DNA of 64,000 nucleotides from Haliotis rubra (GCF_003918875.1 NW_025767427.1:186001-250000); one strand, 5' to 3'; shown: positions 1-12,650, numbered from the stretch's first letter. Program-made: numbers and translations. The notes: a model not told the origin generated them from the sequence alone.

Positions 1-48
1 GCTATGCAGCCAGGATGAAGACCACAACACATTGCGGATGTGCCGCTG
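1..48 (+). CDS. Penultimate exon (partial) of an upstream gene, ..YAARMKTTTHCGCAAG
   Basis: Open frame from position 3; donor G|GTGAGT at 48/49; phase 1 matches the acceptor at 803. Confidence 0.55.
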
Positions 49-621
49 GTGAGTACAGCTGTGATTCACCAAATCTATGATTTTGTTTGTTGTTTAACGC
101 CGCACTCAGCAATATTCCAAGTAAAACAGTGGCGGTCTGTAAATAATCGAATCTGGACCAGAGAATCCAGTCGTCAACATGTGTATAAGATTCTGAGAGG
201 GGTGTTTTCACACAGGAGCCTAATGTTACCACATGGAGAGCACAGACCTAAACGTTATTTTATCAAACGAAATTTCCGTTATTCCAATTTTTGGTTTATT
301 TTCAGTTTATTCTCGTTAATTCAGTTGTCTTTCAAAACCTAGAACATTTTAAGGTTTCTTTTTGTTTTTTTGTATTTTTGTCTCCAAATTTCGAGACTGT
401 TTTCTGTTACTTCGAGTATTTTCATGCAAATTCAATTGTTTTCTCTTTTGTTACTTATTTTTTAACTCGAAAAGTGTAACGGAAATTGCGAAAATATTCA
501 AGTAACGAGAACATGGAAATTGCGCAAAATTAAGCAAAAACTTGAATTAACGAGATGTTTCGGCGTAAAACCATACTCACTCACAGAAAAATTACGAATA
601 ACTCTCCTCTCTGTTTCCATT

Positions 622-792
622 GGGGGCGGTGGGGTAGCCTAGTGGTTATTTATCGTTCGCTCGTCACGCCGAAGACCCAGGTTCGATTCCCCACATGGGT
701 ACAATGTGTGAAGCCCATTTCTGGTGTCCCCCCTTCGTGATATTGCTGGAATATTGCTAAAAGCGGCGTAAAACTAAACTAACTCACTCACT
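622..792 (+). mobile_element. tRNA-derived SINE, family 1
   Basis: Box A/B-like GGTAGCCTAGTGG / GGTTCGATTCCC, tail GCTGGAATATTGCT..GCGGCGTAAAAC(ACTC)n; TSD tgtttcca. Confidence 0.9.
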
Positions 793-802
793 TTGTTTCC
801 AG

Positions 803-870
803 GCAACGCTGTCCGAGTCTCCTTCATCAGTTTCGTGTTCGTCGTTGTTGGGATGTTTCTGAAGAACTAG
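803..870 (+). CDS. Terminal exon encoding hydrophobic tail NAVRVSFISFVFVVVGMFLKN* (GPI-signal-like or tail anchor)
   Basis: Acceptor TTTCCAG|; phase-compatible with exon 1-48; TAG at 868-870; ATTAAA at ~1078. Confidence 0.55.
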
Positions 871-2650
871 ACGCGGACGACAGCCACTACCTTCCAACGG
901 ACGGTCATAACAGAGTGTTTTCCTCATTCAGTAGTCATCAGTTTACATGTATAAAGTACATAACATCTTCTTCAGTTGATCGGTTTTTAGTATCTATCGT
1001 CTTATTTCGGCTGGAGAAACAGCACCACCTCTTAATTTCCAGACAATGCGAATGACGTGTGATGTGAGTTTCACTGAATTAAACTGCTTTGTCTTGTTGC
1101 TGTTTGTGAATTGGATTGTTCTTGCACAAAGCAAACTATTAGTACTGTCAACAGACTGATGCAGATAAAACTTATACTATATTAGTGTCAACACCAACTG
1201 TCAACAGTTATTTAGTGTGGCTAACACAAATTGTCATCATAGTCGAAACAGAAAAAAAGAGGTAAGACAGGGATACAGCTTTTTGATGGGGAACGGATGT
1301 GTGCATAATTTCTTAAATCATCCTAGTAGAAATTTTGATGGTAATTGAGGCACTGATATTAACAAAAAAGACAAATACATATGCTAATTAATTTACTCAG
1401 TCCAACTTTATACCCATCAGTGAATATTTATTTATATTTTTGTTAAATATGTGTTTATTTTTTAATATATATTTAAACACTATGTCAAGGCAGGATGGGG
1501 AGGTGGCACCCCTCTGAATACATCCTTGTGAGAGAAGTGTAAGACATAAAATAAGGCTGTAGATGTAAGATCATGCAAAAACCCAACCCTGTGACATACC
1601 ATATTCGTTTGTTTCTTCAGTGTTTAACCTGATACTCAGCAATATATTATATGTGAAAGTTGTCTGTAACTAATTGGGTCCAAACCAGACTTGTTTTACG
1701 CAGCACCTTATAATATACTGTGAATAAAAGTTAAGCGCTGCCTAGTATATTTTGCCAATATAGGAAATCTTTCAGAAAAAACAACTACCATAATTTGGTT
1801 TAGTTCTTTTAGTTTAAAAACAAAACCATTATGGAAATTATCTTTTACTTTAAACAGTATATATGTGCTTTTGGAAACTATGCATTTTGTTTTCCTCAAA
1901 AAAGTTACCTTCTTTTGAAAAGTGAAAATCAGAAATGACTGTTATATAAGTCACATGATAGTCATTTTGACAAGTGAAACCTAAGTTTAATAGTGTTGTA
2001 TAAGCAGAATAGGAATAGTTATTTTGCATTAAAAATCAGTGCCATCATATCTTTAACAATATTTCCTTTAATTGTAAATACAAATGATTATGATATCCCT
2101 AAACCAGTTACCAGATGAACCTTCTCTAACTATGGATTGGTCTTCCCAATTATTTTAGCCTAACATTTCCACAGCTTCACATCTAAGGTTTGAAATAGGC
2201 TGGCGTTTAACTTTTATTCTCGGTATATTACAGTGGTATGAAGTCGATCTGAAAATAATTATTCTTGTTATTAACACTGTTATGAAAACAATAAGGAAAC
2301 AGAACTTAAAGGCCCAAATGGACTCTTAGAGGTTGACTCTACACCACATTGACATCCTCACCTTGTGCCACAGACAATGAAACACAGGACACAGAATAAA
2401 TGCAGTGAATTTAATTTGTAAATCACATAAACAAGGTCAACATTCCATGCATAAAAACAGGTGACTGTCAAAGTTATTCCATCAGACAAAGTCTGACAGA
2501 TGACAAACAATGATACAAGATTGATTGATATATGTACTAAACTACTGTACATAACACACATGCTTGTAACATCCTACAAACATATATAACATATCATATA
2601 TGAACATGAAAAAATACCACACTGGACAAACAGGTCAAAAGCTAAAACAC

Positions 2651-2893
2651 ATGAAGATCCAGGTTAGAATTGATCTCCAGTAACCCATGCTTGTGGTAAC
2701 AGGCGACTAACAGGATCAGGTGGCCAGGTTTCCTGACTTGGTTGATACAGGTCATTGTATTCCAACTGTGTAGATAGATGCTCATGCTCTTGATCACTGG
2801 ATTGTCTGGTCCAGACTTGAATGTTTACATACAGCAGCCATATAGCCGGACTATTGTTGAGTGTGGCGTAAAACTAAACTCACTCACTCACTC
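2651..2893 (+). mobile_element. SINE-like element, family 2 (non-tRNA, pseudoknot head)
   Basis: GAAGATCC.GGTTAGAATTGATCT..AGTAACCCATGCTTG..GGCGACTAA head; LINE-like tail; TSD tcaaaagctaa; absent from copy B. Confidence 0.85.
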
Positions 2894-3419
2894 AAAAGCT
2901 AACCCATGGTATGTATTTCACCTTGATTGTGAGCATTGCCATGGAGATGGATAATGGAAGACAGAATGACACACAAACTGTGATTGATCTCTCACCTGGG
3001 AATGTCAGCCCTTACTCATGCCATCTCACAGACATTGTAAATGATGTCTTGTGTTTGACATAAAGTTGTCTTTTATAATTTAGAGAGATGTTTTCCAGTC
3101 ATTCATGACACTGGAAACATAATAATGAACGTTTCTTAAGTGTCCACAAACAAGTAATACAAGGATATTTCTAGCTCTTAATTGTCTCCAGAGTAACTAT
3201 GGCAACATTTGTAATCTATTGAAACTGGTAATGGAAAGCATTTCATTCTGGTGGGCCACTGCTGCAGATAAATAAGTAACAAACTGCTAAGGCTTCTTGA
3301 TGAAATATCATGAGATGTTTTCCTTGAGTTATTCTTGTCTCTCAATTCTGTCTCTTCCTTTAGTATCTGAGCACCTTGGACAGATATTTTGTTACAGTGC
3401 TACTCATACAGAAACTAAA

Positions 3420-3910
3420 TTCACTATATAGTGAGATGTGAGTCTCACCACTGATCTTAGTCTCACTACAGAACAGTCTCACAAAATTTCTGCATGTCAC
3501 TATAGATCAGCCCCTCTCTCCACAGACCAGCATCTCACCATTGAACAGTCTCACCACAGATCAAAGTCTCACTAAACAAGAGTCTGTCCATAGATCAGCA
3601 TCTCAGAATAGACTCCGGACTCACCATAGACAGGCGCGTAGCAAGCCAATTTTTTCGTAAGCCTGATAGGTTGCAAAGCTTTATATTTAGATAGTATTGA
3701 GGGCTTGTCCAACTTATTAGCAACAATCATGTGTAAACCCGGGCTTTTTTCTGTAATGGTAGCTATGCCCCTGACAGATCAGTATCTCACCACAGATCTG
3801 TGTCTCACTATCTATCATCTATATATTTGAGTCTCACCACATATCTGAGTCTCACTATACATCAGAGTCTCTCTATAGATCAGCATCTCATCACAAACTG
3901 GAGTCTCAGG
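3420..3910. repeat. Degenerate ~18-bp minisatellite (AGTCTCACCACAGATCTG-like), interrupted by a small TIR element at 3631-3773
   Basis: Recurrent TCTCAC(C/T)ACAGATC; shorter version at 24900-25040. Confidence 0.6.
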
Positions 3911-4460
3911 TCAGTAATAATGTCCGACAACATCCTCCTCACAAGTTATTATGATATTGCATCAAGTCATTATTGCTTATCAAACATACACATACCGATA
4001 TGATTCGGATAATAATAAAACTAGCATTTTATGTCCACTGAAAGACCAATAAGAACTGTGGCACCAAATGTACAAACACTGATTATACCAATTGTTCAGC
4101 CTCAACAATGTTAGTTTCTAGGAGAAGATGCAGAAAAGTGAACATGTTAATGACTTAATGTGAGACAAAGGACAAATTGTGATGAAGTGATTTAACAACA
4201 GCTAATGATGATGTTAAACACCTGATGATGTTAAACTCTTTCCTGCCTAACATCTAAACATGCTAAATCTAGTTTCAAATTAAGCAGCTTCAAAGTGATC
4301 CCAACTTAAATTGTAAGATGAATGACCTTTCAGCAGCATAGAGACAGCCCTGAGGTCTGGGTTTGATTCCCTACATGAGTACCATATAAGAAGATACCTG
4401 GTTAAGGGGGGATGGGGTTAACAGGATTCCAAATGTCATTGTGCTTATCAATCATATTAT

Positions 4461-4606
4461 GTGGGGTAGCCAAGTGGTTACAGTGTTCGCTTGTCATGCC
4501 GAAGATGGTTTGATTCCCCATATGGACACTGTGTGAAGCCCACTTCTGGTGTTCTCCGCCCTGATATTGCTGGAATGTTGCTAAAAGAGGCACACACTCA
4601 CTCACT
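4461..4606 (+). mobile_element. tRNA-derived SINE, family 1
   Basis: Matches 622-792. Confidence 0.8.
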
Positions 4607-5280
4607 CCTCTGAATCATTATTATTTGATCATCTGTAAATCAGAAACACAAACAAAACAAAAATTGATGACAATGAGACTGTAATACTAGTAAATTCATT
4701 TGTCATCATATTCAAAGTAACAGTTCTGTATTGAAAATGAAATTGAGATCAGAATATCGTTTGATTAAATAGCACAATACTGTTTCAAGGTTGTCACTGA
4801 GACATATCAATGATACATTACCACATACAGCTTCTCAAAGACAAAGTATATCTTAAAATCGTGAATGAGTTTGTTGAAGATTTCAGTCATATACAATAAT
4901 AATGCGTCCATTTGTGTGGCATTATATAGCGCCAAACTCCACATGAATAGCACTGCACAATAATACCTGGATAACCTAGCTTAGGCGCTAGAAGGTTATA
5001 GTCACATGACTTATCCCACCAGGTACCCATTTTCTGCTGGGTGACTCCTATGTATTATTACATGTGAAACTTCATAAACAATACGAAGAATTTATTGATA
5101 AGTTAATGCTGAAAAGGTTTTTCAAAAACATGTGACATATTTTTATGTCTTTGTTAATTTACGACAAAAGCATGATTCCTATTCTTTATTCTGTACATAT
5201 AGAAAAGTTGTAAATATGTATGTATAGGACAAAATAGCAAACAGTCAGCATCAGTTCTAAAACAAACTAATATAAACATG

Positions 5281-7600
5281 GGAGCACGACTGCTTAGGTG
5301 TCTAAAGGCGACTGGGACCACAGCTGCCTAGGTATCTAAAGGAGACTGGGTGACCACAGCTGCCTAGGTGTCTAAAGGAGTCTGGGTGACCACAGCTGCC
5401 TAGGTGTCTAAAGGCGACTTGGACGACAGCTGCCTAGGTGTATAAAGGATACTGGGACGACAGCTGCTTAGGTGTCTAAAGGCGACTGGGACCACAGCTG
5501 CCTAGGTGTATAAAGGATACTGGGACGACAGCTGCCTAGGTGTCTAAAGGAGACTGGGACCACAGCTGCCTAATTGTCTAAAGGAGACTGGGACCACAGC
5601 TGCCTAGGTGTCTAAAGGAGACTGGGACCACAGCTGCCTAGGTGTCTAAAGGAGACTGGGACCACAGCTGCCTAGGTGTCTAAAGGAGACTGGGACCACA
5701 GCTGCCTAGGTGTCTAAAAGAGACTGGGACCACAGCTGCCTAGGTGTCTAAAGGAGACTGGGACCACAGCTGCCTAATTGTCTAAAGGAGACTGGGACCA
5801 CAGCTGCCTAGGTGTCTAAAGGAGACTGGGACCACAGCTGCCTAATTGTCTAAAGGAGACTGGGACCACAGCTGCCTAATTGTCTAAAGGAGACTGGGAC
5901 CACAGCTGCCTAATTGTCTAAAGGCGACTGGAACCACAGCTGCCTAATTGTCTAAAGGCGACTGGGACCACAGCTGCCTAAGTGTCTAAAGGAGACTGGG
6001 ACCACAGCTGCCTAATTGTCTAAAGGCGACTGGAACCACAGCTGCCTAATTGTCTAAAGGCGACTGGGACCACAGCTGCCTAATTGTCTAAAGGAGACTG
6101 GGACCACAGCTGCCTAAGTGTCTAAAGGAGACTGGGACCACAGCTGCCTAGGTGTCTAAAGGAGACTGGGACCACAGCTGCCTAGGTGTCTAAAGGAGAC
6201 TGGGACAACAGCTGCCTAGGTGTCTAAAGGAGACTGGAACCACAGCTGCCTAGGTGTCTAAAGGAGACTGGGTGACCACAGCTGCCTAGGTGTCTTAAGG
6301 CGACTGGGTGACCACAGCTGCCTAGGTGTCTAAAGGAGACTGGGACCACAGCTGCCTAGGTGTCTAAAGGTGTCTAAAGGCGATTGGGACCACAGCTGCC
6401 TAAGGTGTCTAAAGGAGACTGGGACCACAGCTGCCTAATTGTCTAAAGGCGACTGGGACCACAGCTGCCTAGGTGTCTAAAGGAGACTGGGTGACCACAG
6501 CTGCCTAGGTGTCTAAAGGAGACTGGGACCACAGCTGCCTAAGTGTCTAAAGGAGACTGGAACCACAGCTGCCTAGGTGTCTAAAGGAGACTGGGACAAC
6601 AGCTGCCTAGGTGTCTAAAGGAGACTGGGACAACAGCTGCCTAGGTGTCTAAAGGAGACTGGGTGACCACAGCTGCCTAGGTGTCTAAAGGCGACTGGGA
6701 CCACAGCTGCCTAAGTGTCTAAAGGAGACTGGGACCACAGCTGCCTAATTGTCTAAAGGCGACTGGGACCACAGCTGCCTAGGTGTCTAAAGGAGACTGG
6801 GACAACAGCTGCCTAGGTGTCTAAAGGAGACTGGAACCACAGCTGCCTAGGTGTCTAAAGGAGACTGGGTGACCACAGCTGCCTAGGTGTCTTAAGGCGA
6901 CTGGGTGACCACAGCTGCCTAGGTGTCTAAAGGCGACTGGGACCACAGCTGCCTAGGTGTCTAAAGGAGACTTGAACCAGAGCTGCCTAGGTGTCTAAAG
7001 GCGATTGGGACCACAGCTGCCTAAGTGTCTAAAGGAGACTGGGACCACAGCTGCCTAATTGTCTAAAGGCGACTGGGACCACAGCTGCCTAGGTGTCTAA
7101 AGGAGACTGGGTGACCACAGCTGCCTAGGTGTCTAAAGGAGACTGGGACCACAGCTGCCTAAGTGTCTAAAGGAGACTGGAACCACAGCTGCCTAGGTGT
7201 CTAAAGGAGACTGGGACAACAGCTGCCTAGGTGTCTAAAGGAGACTGGGACAACAGCTGCCTAGGTGTCTAAAGGAGACTGGGTGACCACAGCTGCCTGT
7301 GTCTAAAGGAGACTGGGACCACAGCAGCCTAGGTGTCTAAAGGAGATTTGGTGAGCACGACTGCTTTGTCTTTGTTAATTTACGACAAAAGCATGATTCC
7401 TATTCTTTATTCTGTACATATAGAAAAGTTGTAAATATGAATGTATAGGACAAAATAGCAAACAGTCAGCATCAGTTCTAAAACAAACTAATATAAACAT
7501 GGGAGCACGACTGCTTAGGTGTCTACAGGAGACTGGGTGACCACAGCTTCTTAAGTGTCTCAAGGCAACTGGGTGACCACGGCTGCTAGGTGTCCAAAGT
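5281..7600. repeat. 34-bp minisatellite (GCTGCCTAGGTGTCTAAAGGAGACTGGGACCACA)n, roughly 60 units, with 36-bp variants
   Basis: Direct tandem repeats; a ~160-bp flank is duplicated (5147-5310 = 7367-7530). Confidence 0.97.
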
Positions 7601-7960
7601 GGATTTGATGGTTACAGATTTTTGTAGGGCATTAAGTTTGCAGTTCACAAGTTTGATAAAAATTTAATTACATTTTCAAGCTATATAACAGTGAAAAACA
7701 ATGGTGAAATATTCACATCTTCAGAACAAAAATACACTGATTTTATTACTATTGCATATTGTTATTGTACAAGACAAGTTCATGAACACTGAAGCACAAG
7801 TACATCATTCCACAACTACAATGCCCTACAGGAAAAAGATGATTATCATGGAGAGGTTACGATTCAAAACCGAGTTGTTATTTCTTGACCCTAAAATGCC
7901 AGGTGATATCGTCAGATGGAAAAAAGTTTGGGGTCATGAATATTATGGAGGATATATTTT

Positions 7961-8271
7961 GGCCAAATAAAAAAATGTGGTACCGATTACACCTCTTTAA
8001 AATTTAGGGTAGGTAAGTAGGATATTATTTTTTTACATATTTTTTTTTAGAAGGAAAGTACAAACTAATAACACATGTATCAACATGTAATTGTTTATTC
8101 AATCAAGCTTGCGGCCATCATGTCGACTTTCTCTATGGCCGATATATGTCAGTGCCAGGAAAAAACAATGGTATCTGAAAGCTTATTTTATTCAGTCTGC
8201 TTAAAAAAACTGGGTCAACACCAGAATTCAAGGGTCGGTCGGGTAATCGGACCACCACATTTTTTTAGGCC
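7961..8271. mobile_element. Non-autonomous TIR element (MITE)
   Basis: GGCCAAATAAAAAAATGTGGT / ACCACATTTTTTTAGGCC ends in a T-run; empty site in copy B near 28740. Confidence 0.7.
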
Positions 8272-8634
8272 TTTTTGTAATCATCAAACAATTTCTTTTC
8301 GTATCCCAAAAATATTCATGATCTCTTATTTCTCTTGTTTTGTAAGAAACAATCATGTTATTTATCCAACATTATGAGCTGCTTGTGAATTTTGTCACAC
8401 TACAACATTTACTATCATAATAAGTTTGCAACATGAAACATAGTATGTCACTGATAATAATATACATATTCATTTTCTTTCAATGTAATATCATTTTCAT
8501 TAAACATACATGCATTCGGTCATACCAGTTTATAATCTCCCATCACAACATATTGCGACTGTCATGATTCATCGATAAGATGACATCAGTGAAGCCCTGG
8601 GTTCTCTGGTCCACAAAGCCATCTTAGTGTTAGA

Positions 8635-8778
8635 ATGAGTGAGTGAGAGAGATGAGTTTTACGCCGCTTTTAGCAGGGGACAAAAATGGTTTCACAAAGA
8701 GTACCTATGTGGTGAATCGAACCCGGGCCTTTGGCATGATGAGTGAATTCTTTAACCATTGGGCTACCCCACCGCCCC
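8635..8778 (-). mobile_element. tRNA-derived SINE, family 1
   Basis: Reverse complement of the family 1 pattern. Confidence 0.8.
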
Positions 8779-9092
8779 AGTTTTAAGATACAGGTAACAT
8801 CCATATTATAACACTGGCTAAAGAAATTGTAGCACTAATATCATGTTTGAACTTGCATAGCCTTGTTTATGAAACCGGACTGCCCTGAAGTGGACCTTGA
8901 AACCTTAAACGATGATGAATATCAGGTCCAGTAACTAACAAGAGAACTCTCCACTGTGATATCACCTAGTTATAACTGTGGGGATAAAACTGCTGCTGTT
9001 GCTGATAATATGCCTAGATCATAGCTGCATCATAGTGTACTTGACCCAGGATCAACTCTCCACTGTCATAAGGCTCATATGTGTTTTATCAC

Positions 9093-10668
9093 CTAGTTAT
9101 AATCATGGGGATAAAACTGCTGCTGTTGCTGATAATATGCCTGAATCATAGCTGCATCATATGGCTGCTGGTTATTGCCTACTGAAGTCACCGTCTCATA
9201 TGTCTGGGTGGCGTCTGGGGTCATGACTTGAGGAACAGATGCTGGGGTCAAGGTCGTGACTACTTGAGCCGCCTGGAGGTTGAGAGGCGACACAGCTTGC
9301 TGCAAGCTGGTGATGACTGGGTAGGGGGTGTGGGGGGAGTCAGAGGAAGGAGGAGGGCTGATGGGAGAATGCTGCATGTAGAAATGACTGGCATTGGTGG
9401 CCATGGCGTGCTGTCTCTGAGGGCTGAGTGTGGGACTGGATGAGGGAGGCTGGTCAGGGACTTGGGCCTCAGTGGTAATGGTAGTGAGGGGGATGGTTGA
9501 CTCCACTGTATTGGTTGTGATGCTCTGAGATGTTGTGGAGTCTGTCGTAGACAGAGGCAGCAGGATGGCATGCATGGCATGTTCTGCTGCAATGACATTG
9601 ACTGCTCTGTCTAGAACTTCAGCAGTGGGCATGGAGGTGTCTGTCACAGTTAGCGAAGTGTCTGCTATCCCAGAAGTGTCTGATGCTGAATGTGTCATAC
9701 CAGACTGGTCCAGACTACCAGTTTCAAGATACATCTTAGGGGCATCAAACCCAGGTTCTAGAGTCTTCAACTGGGACATAAGAGCCTTGATACGTTCAGG
9801 GTCATACTTATGTTTGTTACAAAGATGCAGCCTCATGTTTCCTCGTGTGGTACTCTTGTACGGACAGTCAGGGCAGCTGAATGGCTTCTCCCCTGTGTGA
9901 GTCCTCATATGAACAAGTCGCTGTGTTTTTGTCTTGAAAGTTTTGTTACACTCAGAACATGAATGTTTTCTTTCATCACTGTGTCTGTGGAAAACATGGC
10001 TGTTGAGACAGGTCCTGCTTTTGAATCCCTGCCCACAAACTTCACATACAAACGGAGTCTCTACCTGGTGGATAAGCTTGTGGTCCTTCAACTGAAACTT
10101 GGTGAAGCACTCCTTGCCACAGATGTCACAAGTAAACGGTTTCCATCCTTGTGGAAGTGGCACGCCATGTCGGAAATACTTGTGGTAATGGATGTAGTAG
10201 AAGTTGGGATCTTTAGTCTTGTAGCCACAGATATCACAAACTTTTGGACTTGCTTCCCTTCTCCTTATCACAACATTCTTAATCACTTCATCAGCCGTAA
10301 CATTGTGGGTGTTCAGAAGATGAGTCACACACCGTTTTGGAAACACAAACTCATTGCCACAAAGCTCACACTTGTACTGTCGTTCACCTTCCTCTATATG
10401 TTCTGCCATTCTCTCAAGTTCACTAGCAAGCTGGCTAGTGATGTCTGCTTTGGGCCATCTTTTCCTCTTCTTGGGCCGAGGCTTTGTGATCCTTGGTGCT
10501 GATGGCTTTTCCAGCTCTTTGGCTGGACTCGGGCTCGGGCTGAGGAAGATCATTGGCAGATCATAATCATCATCCTTGTCATTCTCTCTCGTCAATCGAT
10601 TCAACTCCATCTTTGCTCTCTTCTTTGGAGGAGGTCTCACAGCCACGTGGGTCGGCAGAGGCAATTTT
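9093..10668 (-). CDS. ZBTB-like gene copy A, last exon: six C2H2 fingers plus S/T/P/Q-rich tail
   Basis: CELC..H..H, CDIC, CDIC, CEVC, CSEC, CPDC fingers with TGEKPF linker; acceptor TTTACAG| at 10669-10670; phase 2 fits the exon ending at 13106. Confidence 0.92.
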
Positions 10669-10958
10669 CTGTAAATACAAACAGGTAATGATTAATTTTC
10701 AGCAATGTTACTTCTTCAAGGTCATCGCAGTCATCTACTGGCCACCTTCATCAACCCCACCTGTATACATATGACATTGTTGAGAGGTGTATCTAATATT
10801 AATCAGCCCATAAGAATATGCCATGAATGATTCCAAGCCAAATATGCCCTACAGCTACCCAATGCATGAACTTTATGAGAAGCAAACTCTAAACTCTAGG
10901 CTAACACTGAAGCATGATATGTGTGGAGCATACACCACTCGGTTTGGAGAATGTACAA

Positions 10959-11119
10959 GTGAGTGAGTATGGTTTTACGCCGCTTTTAGCAATATTGCAG
11001 CAACATCATGACGGGGACACCAGAAATGGGCTTCACTCACTGTACCCATGTGGGGAATCAAACCCAAGTCTTCGTCGTTACAAGCAGACACTTTAACCAC
11101 AAGGCTACCCCACTGCCCC
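10959..11119 (-). mobile_element. tRNA-derived SINE, family 1
   Basis: TSD atgtac(a/g)agtga; empty site in copy B at ~31741. Confidence 0.9.
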
Positions 11120-11697
11120 ATGTACGAGTGATGTCACGCAAGAACCATTTCTGTTTATGAAAGGTAAACTGAGTGCTCATTGCTTTCAGCACTCTTTGGA
11201 TTCAGACTCATGGGAACCAGACCACAAACTGACTGCATGATGTCTCACATAATGTGGTTACACAAGGAGTATACTTCCATCAGATTCCGTCGCAGATGTA
11301 CCATACAAACAACTGACTGATATCTTTCCATTGTCTGGTATACTTTGCACAGGTATTGGTAACCATGGATACCATGGGGTGCACTGAAGCAAGTTAAACG
11401 AACTCATTATACTGCAGTATTGAAACAGAATCCTAAAAATCCTCTTTCTGAAAAATCTACTGCAGAAGTTATATAACTACACCAATAGATAATTACATGG
11501 AAACACACTAATTCAGTCATCCAGGTGACAATATTTCACCTAGCTGACTGTGTTTCACCGTACTCAATGGTAGAGACTGCTGCTTTTGCATGAAACACTG
11601 CTTTGCTTCAGTCAGTTGTTTACAGGGCACTGGCTAGGGCATAAAACAACATACATACATTTGGCCTAACAGATTAATCAGTTATTAGGGGATGGAT

Positions 11698-11968
11698 GAG
11701 TGAGTGAGTGAGTGAGTGGGTGGGTGAGTGAGTGAGTGAGGTTTTATGCTGCACTCAGCAATATTCCAGCTATATGGTGGCAGCCTGTAAATAATAGAGT
11801 CTGGACCAGACAATCCAATGATCAACAGTATGAACATCGATCTACGCAGTTAGGATATGATGACATGTGTCAACCAAGTCAGCGAGCCTAACCACCCAAT
11901 CCCGTTAGACACCTCTTACGACAATTAAGAGTTGCTGAATATCAATTCAAACCCAGATCTTCACAGGG
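11698..11968 (-). mobile_element. SINE-like element, family 2, with (ACTC)n tail
   Basis: Full-length reverse-complement match to 2651-2893. Confidence 0.85.
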
Positions 11969-12189
11969 ATGATGACTGAGAGAGTATCTGACGAGGGTCA
12001 TAAAAAATATGGCAGGCTCAATGGAAGGGTCATAAAATTTAACATATTTGGGGAGAGTCAAATAAGAAAGGACATTTTACGATAAAACATAAAGTGATTT
12101 CAGGGGATGGGACATGTAAAGAATGTAAAACAAGAAGACATGGTCATCAATATCCCCGTCACAGTGTTCTGTTCTTACTTGGTTCTTGT

Positions 12190-12650
12190 TTTTTAACTCC
12201 ACCACAACATTCATGCCCTGAAAACACATACTGCATTTGGTTTCCCTAACTATAACTTTTTTCGAGAAAATCTGTCCCCAATGGGGATAACTAAGTCAAG
12301 TAACACATGACAAGGGCCATAACTCGCTAACAAATTGGAACATGGTTTCCGTTTTCAAACTCCATCAAGGCATTCATGCCCTGAAAACATATACCAAATT
12401 TGGTTTCCCTATCTTTAACGGTTTTCGAGAAAATCTGTCCCCATTGGGGATATCGTGCACTAAGTCAAGAAACGCATGACAAGGGCCATAATTCTGTAAC
12501 AAATTGTAACACGAGTTCCGTTTTCGACCTCTATCAACGCATTCATGCCCTGAAAACACATACCTTTTCCCTCTCTATAACGGTTATCGAGAAAATCTAT
12601 CCCCATTGGGGATACCGTGAACATAGTTTCCGTTTTCGAACTCCATCAAG
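12190..12650. repeat. Element with three ~160-bp internal tandem subrepeats (Helentron/HINE-like)
   Basis: CATTCATGCCCTGAAAACA..GAGAAAATCT.TCCCCA.TGGGGATA repeated three times. Confidence 0.6.

Noticed and set aside
622-700. tRNA genes at SINE heads (also 23054, 33421, 43288, 62902, 61215)
   Set aside because: They run directly into SINE bodies with TSDs and tails; no complete acceptor stem or pol III terminator
2651-2720. HDV-like ribozyme assignment for the SINE head
   Set aside because: Only ~12 nt lie between the P1-like strands, too few for P2-P3-L3; the topology differs
5281-7600. CRISPR-like array
   Set aside because: Units are contiguous with no unique spacers; no cas genes; eukaryotic context
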